A stretch of DNA of 41,458 nucleotides from the NCBI RefSeq assembly GCF_001194135.2, contig NC_068992.1, positions 10,070,005 to 10,111,462 of the forward strand, read 5' to 3'. Position numbers and translations under genes: made by a program. Below are positions 1 through 12,700 of the stretch, piece after piece. The DNA comes from Octopus bimaculoides (lineage: Eukaryota). The notes under the pieces are model-generated. The model made no database searches, was not told the origin of the DNA, and worked only from the letters and a program-made list of their open reading frames with translations. The first letter of the stretch is position 1. Each line of letters starts with the position of its first letter.

Positions 1-87
1 ATTTCGGGCCTTGTGCCTAAAATAGAAAAGATTATTATTATTATTATTATTGTCATCATCATCTTCCCTGGTCCTATTTTTTTCCAG

Positions 88-166
88 ACACCACATTGCA
101 CTTTGGATGAACTGAGAGCCATCACCATTAACATCAATATAGATGCAAACTTTACCAGTATACCAG
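88..166 (+). CDS. AP5B1: AP-5 complex subunit beta-1, internal exon (first of five in window; gene begins upstream of window)
   Basis: tttttccAG|ACACCA...ATACCAG|GTaact; 79 nt, phase 0 to 1; encodes TPHCTLDELRAITININIDANFTSIP and splices in frame to the next exon. Confidence 0.8.
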
Positions 167-524
167 GTAACTATCATTTGCTAATTGACTTTACTCAAAA
201 TAGTCTCTGCAGTAGATTCGAACCATCAATGAAAAACAACGATATCCATAATACCGTATACATATGACCATTTTTTGTCTATGTTACTGTGTAATGCTTT
301 TCTGGAATTCAGATCCAATTCTTGACTAATTTTCTTTGTTTCTGCAATATTATTATTCAGTCATATTGTCGTGTAATAAGTAAAGGCTGTGTAGTTAAGA
401 AGTTTGATTCAGGTTCAATCTCACTGTATGGCACCCTTGGTAAGTGTTTTCTCTTATAGTTGCAGACCAAACACAGCCTTGTCTCTGAATTTCATTCATG
501 AGAACTGAAAGAATCTCATCATGC

Positions 525-541
525 ATCTGTGTCTCTCTCTT

Positions 542-618
<77 letters not shown>

Positions 619-1241
619 NNNNNNNNNNNNNNNNNNNNNNNNNNNNNNNNNNNNNNNNNNNNNNNNNNNNNNNNNNNNNNNNNNNNNNNNNNNNNNNNNN
701 NNNNNNNNNNNNNNNNNNNNNNNNNNNNNNNNNNNNNNNNNNNNNNNNNNNNNNNNNNNNNNNNNNNNNNNNNNNNNNNNNNNNNNNNNNNNNNNNNNNN
801 NNNNNNNNNNNNNNNNNNNNNNNNNNNNNNNNNNNNNNNNNNNNNNNNNNNNNNNNNNNNNNNNNNNNNNNNNNNNNNNNNNNNNNNNNNNNNNNNNNNN
901 NNNNNNNNNNNNNNNNNNNNNNNNNNNNNNNNNNNNNNNNNNNNNNNNNNNNNNNNNNNNNNNNNNNNNNNNNNNNNNNNNNNNNNNNNNNNNNNNNNNN
1001 NNNNNNNNNNNNNNNNNNNNNNNNNNNNNNNNNNNNNNNNNNNNNNNNNNNNNNNNNNNNNNNNNNNNNNNNNNNNNNNNNNNNNNNNNNNNNNNNNNNN
1101 NNNNNNNNNNNNNNNNNNNNNNNNNNNNNNNNNNNNNNNNNNNNNNNNNNNNNNNNNNNNNNNNNNNNNNNNNNNNNNNNNNNNNNNNNNNNNNNNNNNN
1201 NNNNNNNNNNNNNNNNNNNNNNNNNNNNNNNNNNNNNNNNN

Positions 1242-1301
<60 letters not shown>

Positions 1302-1325
1302 ATATATATAATATATATATATATT
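525..1325. repeat. (CT)n/(AT)n microsatellite spanning an assembly gap; representative of many (AT)n, (GT)n, (AAT)n, (GA)n and (TATC)n tracts in the window
   Basis: Direct reading; nearly every long N-run (for example 4863, 12492, 30959, 37287) is bordered by simple repeats. Confidence 0.95.
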
Positions 1326-1654
1326 TATATGTATTTTCTTCTATCTTGTAGCCATTCACATTCCATTCCTCAAGAAGGAAGGTAAGAGATTTTTAAAAAT
1401 CTTTTTTTTATAAGTCAACTCTAACAATTATATCCATTGCATGCAATACTAGTAAGAAGGACATTTTTTACAATTACTAATACCATTTTTCAAATGAAAT
1501 CTTCTATGGCCAGATGCCCTTCCAGTTACCAACTCCCATCTGTTTCCAAGCAAACTAATACTTTCCACAGTTAGGCATGTTTTCATCTCAGAACTGATGC
1601 TGTATAAAAATCAGATTTACCGAACTTTATCTATTCACTTCCTTCCCTTTTCAG

Positions 1655-1718
1655 ATTCTGAAATGGTTCAGTTAGAGTTTTATTCCCGGAAACCATTTCC
1701 TGGAGACTATTCTACTTG
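1655..1718 (+). CDS. AP5B1: AP5B1 internal exon
   Basis: ccttcccttttcAG|AT...ACTTG|GTaaga; 64 nt, phase 1 to 2; only this frame is open; encodes (D)SEMVQLEFYSRKPFPGDYST(W). Confidence 0.85.
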
Positions 1719-2191
1719 GTAAGATATGAAGAAAATTTGTTATACTATAATTTTTTTTATTTATTTTAAAAAACAAGTTTTGAATTTTATTTTCATTTTT
1801 TTCATAATTTATTACATTTGGAAGCTTCTTTCTCCTCTAAGTCCAAGAATTAAAAATGGCTGATGGTAAGTTAATGCTGATAAATTCTTTTAACCATCAG
1901 CTATAGGATCAGGCATGGCTGTGTGATTTAGAAACTTGTCTCCCAACCATATATATATGTGTGTGTATGCAGAGGGGCAATAAACACTGAAGATGTACAG
2001 AAAACAGATTCCATCACATGCTAGGGGAAAAAACTAGAAGTAGTTGATAGCTTCTGCTACCTAGGCAACCAAGTCTGTAGTGGGGGTGGATGCTCTGGTG
2101 CAGCCTCCGAGCTTACCAGCCCTAGTCAAACCGTCCAACCCATACCAGCATGGACAATGGACATTAAATGATGATGATGATGATGATGATG

Positions 2192-2263
<72 letters not shown>

Positions 2264-2386
2264 GCATTTATATATATATATATATACACACACAGAGGCA
2301 CACGTGTGTGTATATATATACATATATAGATATACAAGCATATGCATATATACATACACTCAGACATATATACTCATGTATTCCAG

Positions 2387-2566
2387 GTCGATATTTGCCT
2401 CTGTGAACAAAGTGACTATGTACTGTTCTCTTGGAACTACATCCATAAGTTTTCCTGATTTGATGATGCCCATTCCATGGAAGATTCTAGGAGTTCCAGA
2501 CGATCGAAAATATCTCCTCTTTAACAAAGTTTGGGAGCACATAATAGAAAATAACAACAATTCTGG
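2387..2566 (+). CDS. AP5B1: AP5B1 internal exon
   Basis: tattccAG|G...TCTGG|GTaagc; 180 nt, phase 2 to 2; [59 protein letters not shown]. The [10 protein letters not shown]...LFNKVWE segment resembles human AP5B1 NFADLFLPFP...FFEELWD as I recall it. Confidence 0.88.
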
Positions 2567-2581
2567 GTAAGCTGTTTTTGG

Positions 2582-2838
2582 TTTTGCCTTACACCCATAT
2601 TTTTGCCTTACACCTATATTTTTGCCTCACACCCATATCTCTGCCTTACACCCATATTTTTGCCTCACACCCATATTTTTGCCTTACACCAATATTTTTG
2701 CCTTACACCAATATTTTTGCCTCACACCCATATTTTTGCCTTACACCCATATTTTTGCCTTACACCCATATTTTTGCCTTACACCTATATTTTTGCCAAA
2801 TACCTATATTTTTGCCTTACACTTATACTTTTGCCTTT
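2582..2838. repeat. 19-bp minisatellite, about 13 copies
   Basis: Unit tttttgccttacacccata with c/t/a variants; starts about 15 nt after the AP5B1 donor at 2567. Confidence 0.95.
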
Positions 2839-3647
2839 TAATCTTTGGATGTCATTAGTGGGATTAATTTTGTTGAAAGTATTTAGGAAAGGTTTTCATT
2901 TTGAAGCTAATGTGTCCCCTTCACCCATCTGTCTTTGATGCGTTGTGGAAAAAAAAAGAGACATGGGTTCTACCCTTTTCTTATTGACTAAGCACTGGAA
3001 AAAATAATGTAGGTGGTGATACCCCTTACTTGAGAAAAATTAGACTGGATGTCCGTATCTGGAATCTTTTGATTTTTTAATGTCTTGCGGTTAAACAGCT
3101 ATTATAATTTAATAAAAAAAAAAGGAAGCAGTTGAAATCTTTTTTCTGTATTCTGGAAATAAAGCAAAGGGCTTCACACCAGTTTCTTGAATAGTTTATG
3201 TAGTCCTAATTTTAAAGAGCCAAACATTTTGTAGTGAGCAAATAACTTCAGTAGCTCATGCTGTCCAAATTTTAAAGACAGAATTTCATGAGGGAGATTT
3301 AGCTGCTATATTATGCAATTGACTTTTGTAACACTCCATCAGTAACCCACATCGTTTATAATTTTAAAGGTAGAAAAATATTTTGAGGGAGATTTGGCTG
3401 CTGTATCAAGCAAATGACTTCACAGAAGCTTCTTCAGTGGCTCATTTGGCCCTAATTTTAAAGATTTATTTACTACATTAAACCCTTTCCCTATATTGAA
3501 TTTGATTTACTTTCTCAAAGTGAGTGGGATAAAACTGACACAGAATATTAAACATTAACCACTTCAATACCTCTATTTGAATTAAATTCAATTTGTAATT
3601 ATATCAATATATGACATGGACATTTTAATTTTGACTTTTTTTTACAG

Positions 3648-3751
3648 CCTAGCAGCCCTCCAGTCTATCAAGATTCTGCCAATAAACCAGACTGGTTTGA
3701 AGAAACTCAAGGAATCAGAACTTAATCCCTACGTTGCTTATTGTAACAATG
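3648..3751 (+). CDS. AP5B1: AP5B1 internal exon
   Basis: tttttttacAG|C...AACAATG|GTaaga; 104 nt, phase 2 to 1; LAALQSIKILPINQTGLKKLKESELNPYVAYCNN, compare human GPQGLEGLVSRHLEPFVV (recalled). Confidence 0.87.
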
Positions 3752-4127
3752 GTAAGATTGCCTAAAATACTTCATTTCATGTTGTTCTTTGATCACTTCG
3801 ACACCTGACACGTGGTAAACTTGTGCACGTGTGCAGGTAATGCCAATTTGATGGAGGGAGCGAGCTAATGTACAGAAACATACATTTGATCACTATAAAT
3901 ATAATCGTTTGTGCAGATTGTTCAACAAAAACTGACCATTCATACATCATCTTTGATGGGAGATTCCATCATATGTATATATATATATAAGCAACAGTAA
4001 CATCCACCCCTAGGGGTCAGCCACACTTAAGTGGCAATATACTACACTTTATCGTGCAGTTACTGTTAATACTTCATTTAGAGAATTAACATTGCTTATA
4101 TATATATATATATATATATTCGAAGGT

Positions 4128-4339
4128 GGAGGTACATGGCGTAGAGGTTAGGGCGTCAGCACCATGACTGTAAGATTGTGGTTTCAATTCCTGGACCAGG
4201 CGACACATTGTGTTCTTGAGCAAAACACTTCATTTCACATTGCTCCAGTCCACTCAGCTGGCAAAAATGAGTAACACTGTGATGGACTGGCATCCCGTCC
4301 AGCTGGGGAACATATACGCCATTGAAACCGGGAAACCAG
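4128..4339 (+). mobile_element. tRNA-type SINE (fourth family), in AP5B1 intron
   Basis: A/B-box-like head (catggcgtagaggttagg...gtttcaattcc) and body gtgttcttgagcaaaacacttcatttcac shared with 6411-6625 and about 7250-7340. Confidence 0.7.
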
Positions 4340-4814
4340 TTTAAAAGGGCGCATTTATATTATTTATATATTGGAAGGGCATCCAACTGTAAAAAACCGT
4401 GCTAAAACTGACCTCACCTGTGCTGGAGCCACATAAAAAGCACTCAATCCACTCTATGGGGTGGTTGGTGTTAGGAAAGGCATCCAGTTGTAAAAACTGT
4501 GACAAAACACACACAGAAGTCTGGAACAGTCTTCTTCCTGGCCAGCTCCTGTAAAACTATTCAACCTATGCCAGCATGGAAGATGGACGTTAAACGACAA
4601 TGATGATGATAATATATATGATGGTGATGATGGTTGTCTACTCGTTAGATGAGCGTGACCATTGCTGACAGTTTAGTGCCAGTTCTACCTGTGCTAGGGT
4701 TTTAAGTTGAGTGCAGCTGGCACAACACCAAAGCGACTCTCATTAGCAATCCTGTTGCACAAAGTAGGTTTCAATATTGTGTTAGTAAAATAGTCAAGTT
4801 AACATATATTTATA

Positions 4815-4846
<32 letters not shown>

Positions 4847-5616
4847 TGTGAGTGTATATATANNNNNNNNNNNNNNNNNNNNNNNNNNNNNNNNNNNNNN
4901 NNNNNNNNNNNNNNNNNNNNNNNNNNNNNNNNNNNNNNNNNNNNNNNNNNNNNNNNNNNNNNNNNNNNNNNNNNNNNNNNNNNNNNNNNNNNNNNNNNNN
5001 NNNNNNNNNNNNNNNNNNNNNNNNNNNNNNNNNNNNNNNNNNNNNNNNNNNNNNNNNNNNNNNNNNNNNNNNNNNNNNNNNNNNNNNNNNNNNNNNNNNN
5101 NNNNNNNNNNNNNNNNNNNNNNNNNNNNNNNNNNNNNNNNNNNNNNNNNNNNNNNNNNNNNNNNNNNNNNNNNNNNNNNNNNNNNNNNNNNNNNNNNNNN
5201 NNNNNNNNNNNNNNNNNNNNNNNNNNNNNNNNNNNNNNNNNNNNNNNNNNNNNNNNNNNNNNNNNNNNNNNNNNNNNNNNNNNNNNNNNNNNNNNNNNNN
5301 NNNNNNNNNNNNNNNNNNNNNNNNNNNNNNNNNNNNNNNNNNNNNNNNNNNNNNNNNNNNNNNNNNNNNNNNNNNNAATTATATAGGGATTGACAGTAAC
5401 CTGCTTCTCCAACATACTGAGAATTCAGAAATAGCAGTCAAAGAACTACTGATTTCAAAACTACAAATTATTACTCTAGATTGATAGCGATATTTTTGAT
5501 ACACACAGAACAAAAAACAGTAGAGAAGAGTAAAATTGACGATTCCCTGCCCTGCATATCTATATATATATATATATATATATCTAAGTTTTTGTTTCTT
5601 TTTTTACCATTTGCAG

Positions 5617-5774
5617 AGATGGTTCACTGTGCAATCTTCTTACCCCCTCATTACCATCTGCTGCTGAAGCTTAAATGCATGACAGACAGGACTGCAGTTT
5701 CAATCCTGACCGACTTCTGGCAGATTCTTCCCTCAGTCAACACTTACTTGGAATCCTTGCAAGATTTCCTCTAA
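5617..5774 (+). CDS. AP5B1: AP5B1 terminal coding exon
   Basis: tttttaccatttgcAG|AG ATG...CTC TAA; phase 1; EMVHCAIFLPPHYHLLLKLKCMTDRTAVSILTDFWQILPSVNTYLESLQDFL*, matching the AP5B1 C-terminus pattern (human CVAIHLPPDSKLLLRL...VALRTDDWAVLPLAGDYL, recalled). The five exons total 585 nt = 194 aa + stop. Confidence 0.9.
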
Positions 5775-6045
5775 CAACCAGCGCTGTGATTCTTGTTTTT
5801 ATTTTGTAATTTCTAATTTGGACAACATTTTTTTCATTTGGTTTATTTCTTGACAACATCTGGGACAACTTTGAATCTGTGTGTGTGTGCGCGCATGTGT
5901 GTATGTGTGTTTCTGTGTGTGTGTGTGCATATATCTATATGTGTATGTATATACCCATGTTATATGTATATATATCTGTGTGTGTAATTATGCATGATTA
6001 TATGCAGTTATGTGTGTGTGTGAGTGAATACAAATGAGTATGTGT

Positions 6046-6096
<51 letters not shown>

Positions 6097-6410
6097 TATG
6101 TCTGTATATATATTTTTGTATGTCTATGTACCTGTATGTCACTCTGCATTCATTTGTTTTTATGTCTGCTTTTCCATGTGAGCATGGGTTAGATAAATAT
6201 ATGATTCAGACTTTGTTTTACAGCTGGATGCTCTTCCTGTCACTAACCCTTAATTGTTTGACATTTTTGGATCTTGTGTTTCACACATCTTTGAAGGCGC
6301 AAAGCTAGTGGATGGTTTGTTGATGGAAGAAATGAAATCGATAACAAAACTGCTTTTTGCTGAACAATATATATATGTATGTATGTATGTATGTGTGTGT
6401 GTGTGTGTGT

Positions 6411-6625
6411 AGGTGTATGGCTTAGTGGTTAGGGGTGTTGCACTCATGATAGTAAGATTGTAGTTTCGATTTCTGGACTGGGCAATGCATTGTGTTCTTG
6501 AGTAAAACATTTCATTTCACATTACTTCACTCCACTCAGCTGGGTAAAGTGAGTAATACTGTAAAGGACCAGCATTCCATCCAGGAGGTTAATATATGCA
6601 CCACAGATTTCAGGAAACCAACTTT
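6411..6625 (+). mobile_element. tRNA-type SINE, same family as 4128
   Basis: tggcttagtggttagg...gtttcgatttc...gtgttcttgagtaaaacatttcatttcac. Confidence 0.7.
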
Positions 6626-6948
6626 GCAACCTTAAGGCTTGGGAGGGACTTTTGATCCCTTTTTTTGATGTATGCAAGTGTGAGAATATTTGCATGTGTA
6701 TATTTATGTCTGTTTGTATTTTGAGTATGAATATAAACATATTGAGTGATGTAATGGTTAAATGGCTAAAACGACTTCTATTTTCTGTGCTCTCAGTTGA
6801 AGCCTTTGCAACAGCAGTTGGATATCTTGTACAGGGTCAAACTTGGTGATGGGAAGGCTGTTGGAGCATTTCAGCCATTGCATTTTCTTTTTTTAAATAA
6901 TAAATCCAGTCCAAGACATGGTGAAGGTGTTTAGGATGTTGTGCTGCC

Positions 6949-7239
6949 GATTGTTGAGTGATGATTGTTGAATGATGATTGTTGAATGATGATTGTTGAG
7001 TGATGATTGTTGAGTGATGAATGTTGGGTGATGATTGTTGAGTGATGATTGTTGAGTGATGATTGTTGGGTGATGATTGTTGAGTGATGATTGCTGAGTG
7101 ATGATTGCTGAGTGATGATTGCTGAGTGATGAATGTTGGGTGATGATTGCTGAGTGATGATTATTGAGTGATGATTGTTGAGTGATTGTTGGGTGATGAA
7201 TGTTGAGTGATGAATGTTGAGTGATGATTGTTGAGTGAT
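6949..7239. repeat. 14-bp minisatellite, about 21 copies
   Basis: Unit gttgagtgatgatt with minor variants. Confidence 0.95.
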
Positions 7240-9121
7240 ATTTGTTGTGGTGGATTTGGTTTTTAGACCAGGTAACATACTGTGTCCTTGAGCAAGGCTA
7301 TTAACTTCACATTGCTCCTGTCTCATTCAACTGAAAATAAGTACCAATAGTGACAAATAGAGATTAACCCAAGAAATACTTAAGAACCTACTGCATTGAT
7401 TTGCCTGAGGGCCTGGTGCTGCTAAGGCACCTCTGGCTTAGTGGGGTGTCTTTTACTCTCAATCTCTGAAATGTATCAGAAACCTGGGAAAGTTCCAGTC
7501 TCATCACTTGATGACAGACTAGAATTTTTCATTCCAAACACAGAATCAAAACTTTCAATCTAATAAATCTTTTGTCAAATTTCCAGTGTTACTTTAACAC
7601 AAATGCTGTTTTCCGCTTTGGAATTACAGTTTTGAACACACTGACTCTGGACAAATATGAGGAGGACTAATTCCTGGCACTGTCTCTGCAAAAGCAAGAT
7701 TTCTCTAAAAGCCTGCTAAAGAAATCTGGTTGCACATGGAATTTTTTAATCAAGCTCAGATGTTTTTATAAAATATCTTGATGCTATTTTTTTTCTTTTT
7801 TTTTTTGCCTTTCTTTGTGACTCATCATAATGAATGTNNNNNNNNNNNNNNNNNNNNNNNNNNNNNNNNNNNNNNNNNNNNNNNNNNNNNNNNNNNNNNN
7901 NNNNNNNNNNNNNNNNNNNNNNNNNNNNNNNNNNNNNNNNNNNNNNNNNNNNNNNNNNNNNNNNNNNNNNNNNNNNNNNNNNNNNNNNNNNNNNNNNNNN
8001 NNNNNNNNNNNNNNNNNNNNNNNNNNNNNNNNNNNNNNNNNNNNNNNNNNNNNNNNNNNNNNNNNNNNNNNNNNNNNNNNNNNNNNNNNNNNNNNNNNNN
8101 NNNNNNNNNNNNNNNNNNNNNNNNTTTTTTTTTTTTTTGCGAAACTGCTGAGTTACAGGGACATAAACAAACCAACACTGTTTTTCAAGTGGTGGGGTAA
8201 CAAATGCAAACACAAGTACACACACACACACACAAGTACACACACACATACACACACACACTCACACACACACACACAAAACCTGATGTTATGACTTGTA
8301 AACAGAAAAGAAAAGTAGTACTCAATACATATTTGTAGAGTTCCCATATTTCTTGGCAGTTTCAGTCTGCAATCTCTAAGGCAACAGTTGTAGATATACA
8401 CACTCCCTTATTCACACATGCATGCATGTATACACACACTCACACACACGCATGTGTAGATTTGTGTATGTGATTTTGACTCTACTTGATTCAGCTTCCA
8501 ATCTAGATGTGAGGTATAAAGAACGTGGACACTTCAATGTAAAAAAAGTACCCTAAATAATTTAGGTATCAACATATAAAAGATAGCTGTGACAAGTCTA
8601 TGTGAGAGAAGCTTTGTTTCTCATCTCTTTTCTGCTCTAGACATCAGTGATAAACATCTGAAACATGGACGTTATTTTTACTCTGTTGCCATTCTGGGAC
8701 ATCATCAGTTGTATTAACCCTAATATTTATTTCAACTACCTCAGAGCAATGAAAAGCAAAGAAGATTCAAGTTGAGATCTGCGCTCAGACCTTAAAGGTA
8801 TGTAGCTAATTCTGCCTCTCCTGATGCTTAAAGTAATTCAAGAATAAAATTAGTCAGTTTTATATCTACTAAAAGACACTTGCCTAAAATGCCATGTATT
8901 AGGATTGAACCTGAGATCTTGTGATTGTGATGTAAACATTTTAACCATTTACAGATTCATAAAAAATGCACACGTATACCTTCACACACATGTACGCACA
9001 AATCCTGCATACATATACACTCACTGACATATATACTTTCACTTGTACATTCCACCTATAGACACCCTCACACACACACACACACACTCCTGCACCCTGC
9101 CACCACTAACATTCATATATA

Positions 9122-9276
9122 TCATCATCATCATCATCATCATCATCGTTTAACGTCCGCTTTCCATGCTAGCATGGGTTGGACGATTTGACTGAGGACT
9201 GGTGAAACCGGATGGCAACACCAGGCTCCAGTCTGATTTGGCAGAGTTTCTACAGCTGGATGCCCTTCCTAACGCC
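9122..9276 (-). mobile_element. Retroposon 3' end with (GAT)n tail
   Basis: Reverse complement ends ccaacccatgctagcatggaaagcggacgttaaacgatgatgat; the same terminus occurs on + at about 4371-4610 and 2060-2190. Confidence 0.7.
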
Positions 9277-9645
9277 TATGTATATATATATATATATATA
9301 TACTCTTTTGCACACACTCAAAGCTAAACCACAACAGCAACAACAACAACAACAACAACAAAAGCAAGAATATATGAACCTTTTTCTTATTTTTTCCTTT
9401 TGCAATTTTAATTTTGAAAATATAAGCAATAATAATATAACCTGGTGCAATAATTTCATTTTTATTTCAATGCATATGTGTGCATATGTATGCATGCATG
9501 TCTGTATGTATGTATGCATGTATGTATGTATGTATGTATGTATGTATGTATGTATGGGGGAATGAATTATAGTGTTTGTACCTGTGCCTGTCTACGTAGG
9601 AGTGTGTTTATCTGTATGAGCATATGTGTGAGATTGAGCCAAGTT

Positions 9646-9774
<129 letters not shown>

Positions 9775-12700
9775 TTTGACTTTTTAGTGTGCTATGATAA
9801 TGTTGAGGTTCAACATTATCAAACTGAGTCTTCAAATGATTTTTTTTTTCTTCTCATTTTGTTTTTCCTTCTTGAGTATTTCTCTTTACCGAGTACTCAG
9901 ACGACTAATTAATTTTGTCTTCATTGCTGAGTAATTAATTGCCAACTCTTTCATCTCCACCCTATGTCCCATTAATCTTTCATTGTTTTAATTGTTATGT
10001 TTCCTTTATCAAAAGAACACATTTAAATAACGAACGTTGAAGCAATATCTTTTAATTATCATTTAATCCTTGCCAAAAAAGTCTTATATATTAATTAAAA
10101 AACAATTATATTTAATATCTTAAACAATTCTAAATGTGTTCTAATGTTGATTATTGTGTTAATTAATTTTATGCAAACAATTTTTTTGATTTTTGTTTTT
10201 CACTAATTATTTTTTATATGAGTGGTTGTTTTAATTCCTAGGTGAGCCCAGATTGAGGAGACAGACCTATGATCAAAAGACAGTCTAGCCATGACCACCC
10301 CATATTGTTTTCATGGACAGTGTATCCAGGATTCTATTATTCAATGTCTTGTATTTTATTTAACTTTTTTTTAGAAGTTGGGTGTGATTTTAGGTGATTT
10401 TAGGTAAATTTGGGTGCTGTTTTTAGCTGGCTGAGTACCTGCTTCTAGACTCTTCCCCTGGCTCATGTGATATGAACTGAGTAGCATGCTGAGTGTTGGC
10501 TCATGTTCAACTCTTCAGCATTCCTATTAATAATCATGTTTGATTGATATATTCAAATTGTGAAGAGTATTGTGACTTACTCTTTGTTTGTTATGGTCAC
10601 TAGACTGGTCATTAGACTGTGGTCATGCTGGGGCACTTTTCTGAAGGGGTTTTGGTCAATCATATTGAGCCCAGCAGAGAGAGAGAGAGAGAGAGAGAAA
10701 GTTTCTACTGGGCTTTTCAACCTGTTAGAAACAGCAACCAAATCTACTACAAATTATACTCTGCTGTTTTGAGGGGCAGACACAATGTGTAATGTAGTCC
10801 TGGTTNNNNNNNNNNNNNNNNNNNNNNNNNNNNNNNNNNNNNNNNNNNNNNNNNNNNNNNNNNNNNNNNNNNNNNNNNNNNNNNNNNNNNNNNNNNNNNN
10901 NNNNNNNNNNNNNNNNNNNNNNNNNNNNNNNNNNNNNNNNNNNNNNNNNNNNNNNNNNNNNNNNNNNNNNNNNNNNNNNNNNNNNNNNNNNNNNNNNNNN
11001 NNNNNNNNNNNNNNNNNNNNNNNNNNNNNNNNNNNNNNNNNNNNNNNNNNNNNNNNNNNNNNNNNNNNNNNNNNNNNNNNNNNNNNNNNNNNNNNNNNNN
11101 NNNNNNNNNNNNNNNNNNNNNNNNNNNNNNNNNNNNNNNNNNNNNNNNNNNNNNNNNNNNNNNNNNNNNNNNNNNNNNNNNNNNNNNNTATATATATATA
11201 TATGTGTATATATATGTATATATATATATGTGTATATATATGTATATATATATATATGTGTATATATATGTATATATATATATATGTGTATATATATGTA
11301 TATATATATATATGTGTATATATATGTATATATATATGTGTATATATATGTATATATATATATATGTGTATATATATGTATATATATATATATATATATG
11401 TGCACTAAAGTCACTACTTTTCTAATAATTTGGAAGCATCAATGGTGCCAATCTTTATCTCTAGTGTCTGAAACAGTAAATAAGAAAAGATGAGAAACAA
11501 AACTCTTCCTGGATAGGACACTGCTCTGTTGCAGGTGACTTCTCCCACATGAGTGTTGCAGCTGTTCACAGTGATGACTTAGGTACGAGCAAATCGTACC
11601 TGCTTAGAGCTAGGTAGACTTAGCTTGGAGTGTACATTGTCATGGTCTCAGATACAAGCAGCAACAACTACAAAACAAGTCATTAATCTTTTGGTTGGTT
11701 GTCAGTTAAATCTGGAATAACCGAGGAGAGAGAAATGGTTCAGTTTGATTTAACCCAGTTTGCATAGCATAGGATGTGTGGACTGCAATGGATAGTCACC
11801 TTTTTTATACCATATTTTCCAACATACAAGTTGAACTTTTCAGACCCAAATTTACATCCAAAAAAGAGAGGTTGACGACTTTGGAGGACCAAACATTATT
11901 TTGGAAGATAGTATTGGTGTTTGAAGGTTTATACTGCATGTTTACACTATTATGCTATGTAAACTCGTTTGTTGCAAAATATGGTATGTGGGTTCACTGT
12001 AGCCAAAGATGTGTTTCATTTAAGGAAGGAAGTGACCAATTTGGCTACAGTACAAAGTGGTCAAAATCCTTGCTAAGCCACTGGCTTAACTAAGAATTGA
12101 ACATGTGTTGTAGCAACAACAACACCAAAAATAGTTATAGTAATTATAGTGAATTACTCCTGTCCTGCCACCCCAACTATCCCACCCTTTTTTTTTGTCT
12201 TTTTTTTTATTCCTGAATATTTGAAGAAATCATGAAATCCAAAAGTTTTATTCTGTAAAAATATTTTCCTGTGAGCCAGACATTGACAAAATTATTTCAC
12301 AACAATCAACTTGAACCCTTCTGTGTAAATGTGATTGTGATATAAACTTTAAATATATTTCTTATATGTAGACATGTTTGTGTGTGTGTGTGTGTGTGTG
12401 TGTCGTGTGTGTATGTGTGTACGTGATAAATTTATATTATATATTTGCATATACATAGATGCATGTATGTATGCATATATATATATATATANNNNNNNNN
12501 NNNNNNNNNNNNNNNNNNNNNNNNNNNNNNNNNNNNNNNNNNNNNNNNNNNNNNNNNNNNNNNNNNNNNNNNNNNNNNNNNNNNNNNNNNNNNNNNNNNN
12601 NNNNNNNNNNNNNNNNNNNNNNNNNNNNNNNNNNNNNNNNNNNNNNNNNNNNNNNNNNNNNNNNNNNNNNNNNNNNNNNNNNNNNNNNNNNNNNNNNNNN

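Noticed and set aside
1822-1870. Candidate extra AP5B1 exon ending GATG|gtaagt
   Set aside because: The required phase hits TGA, and the flanking exons already join in frame without it.
2578-2938. Three overlapping repetitive ORFs (LPYTHIFA...)
   Set aside because: Product of a stop-free 19-bp intronic minisatellite; the AP5B1 frame splices out at 2567.
6931-7326. 131-aa His/Gln/Ser-rich ORF on -
   Set aside because: Translation of the 14-bp minisatellite; no splice or homology support.
11535-11582. Symmetric 48-nt plus-strand exon candidate (GDFSHMSVAAVHSDDL)
   Set aside because: No partner exons found on + after the AP5B1 stop and no homology recognised.
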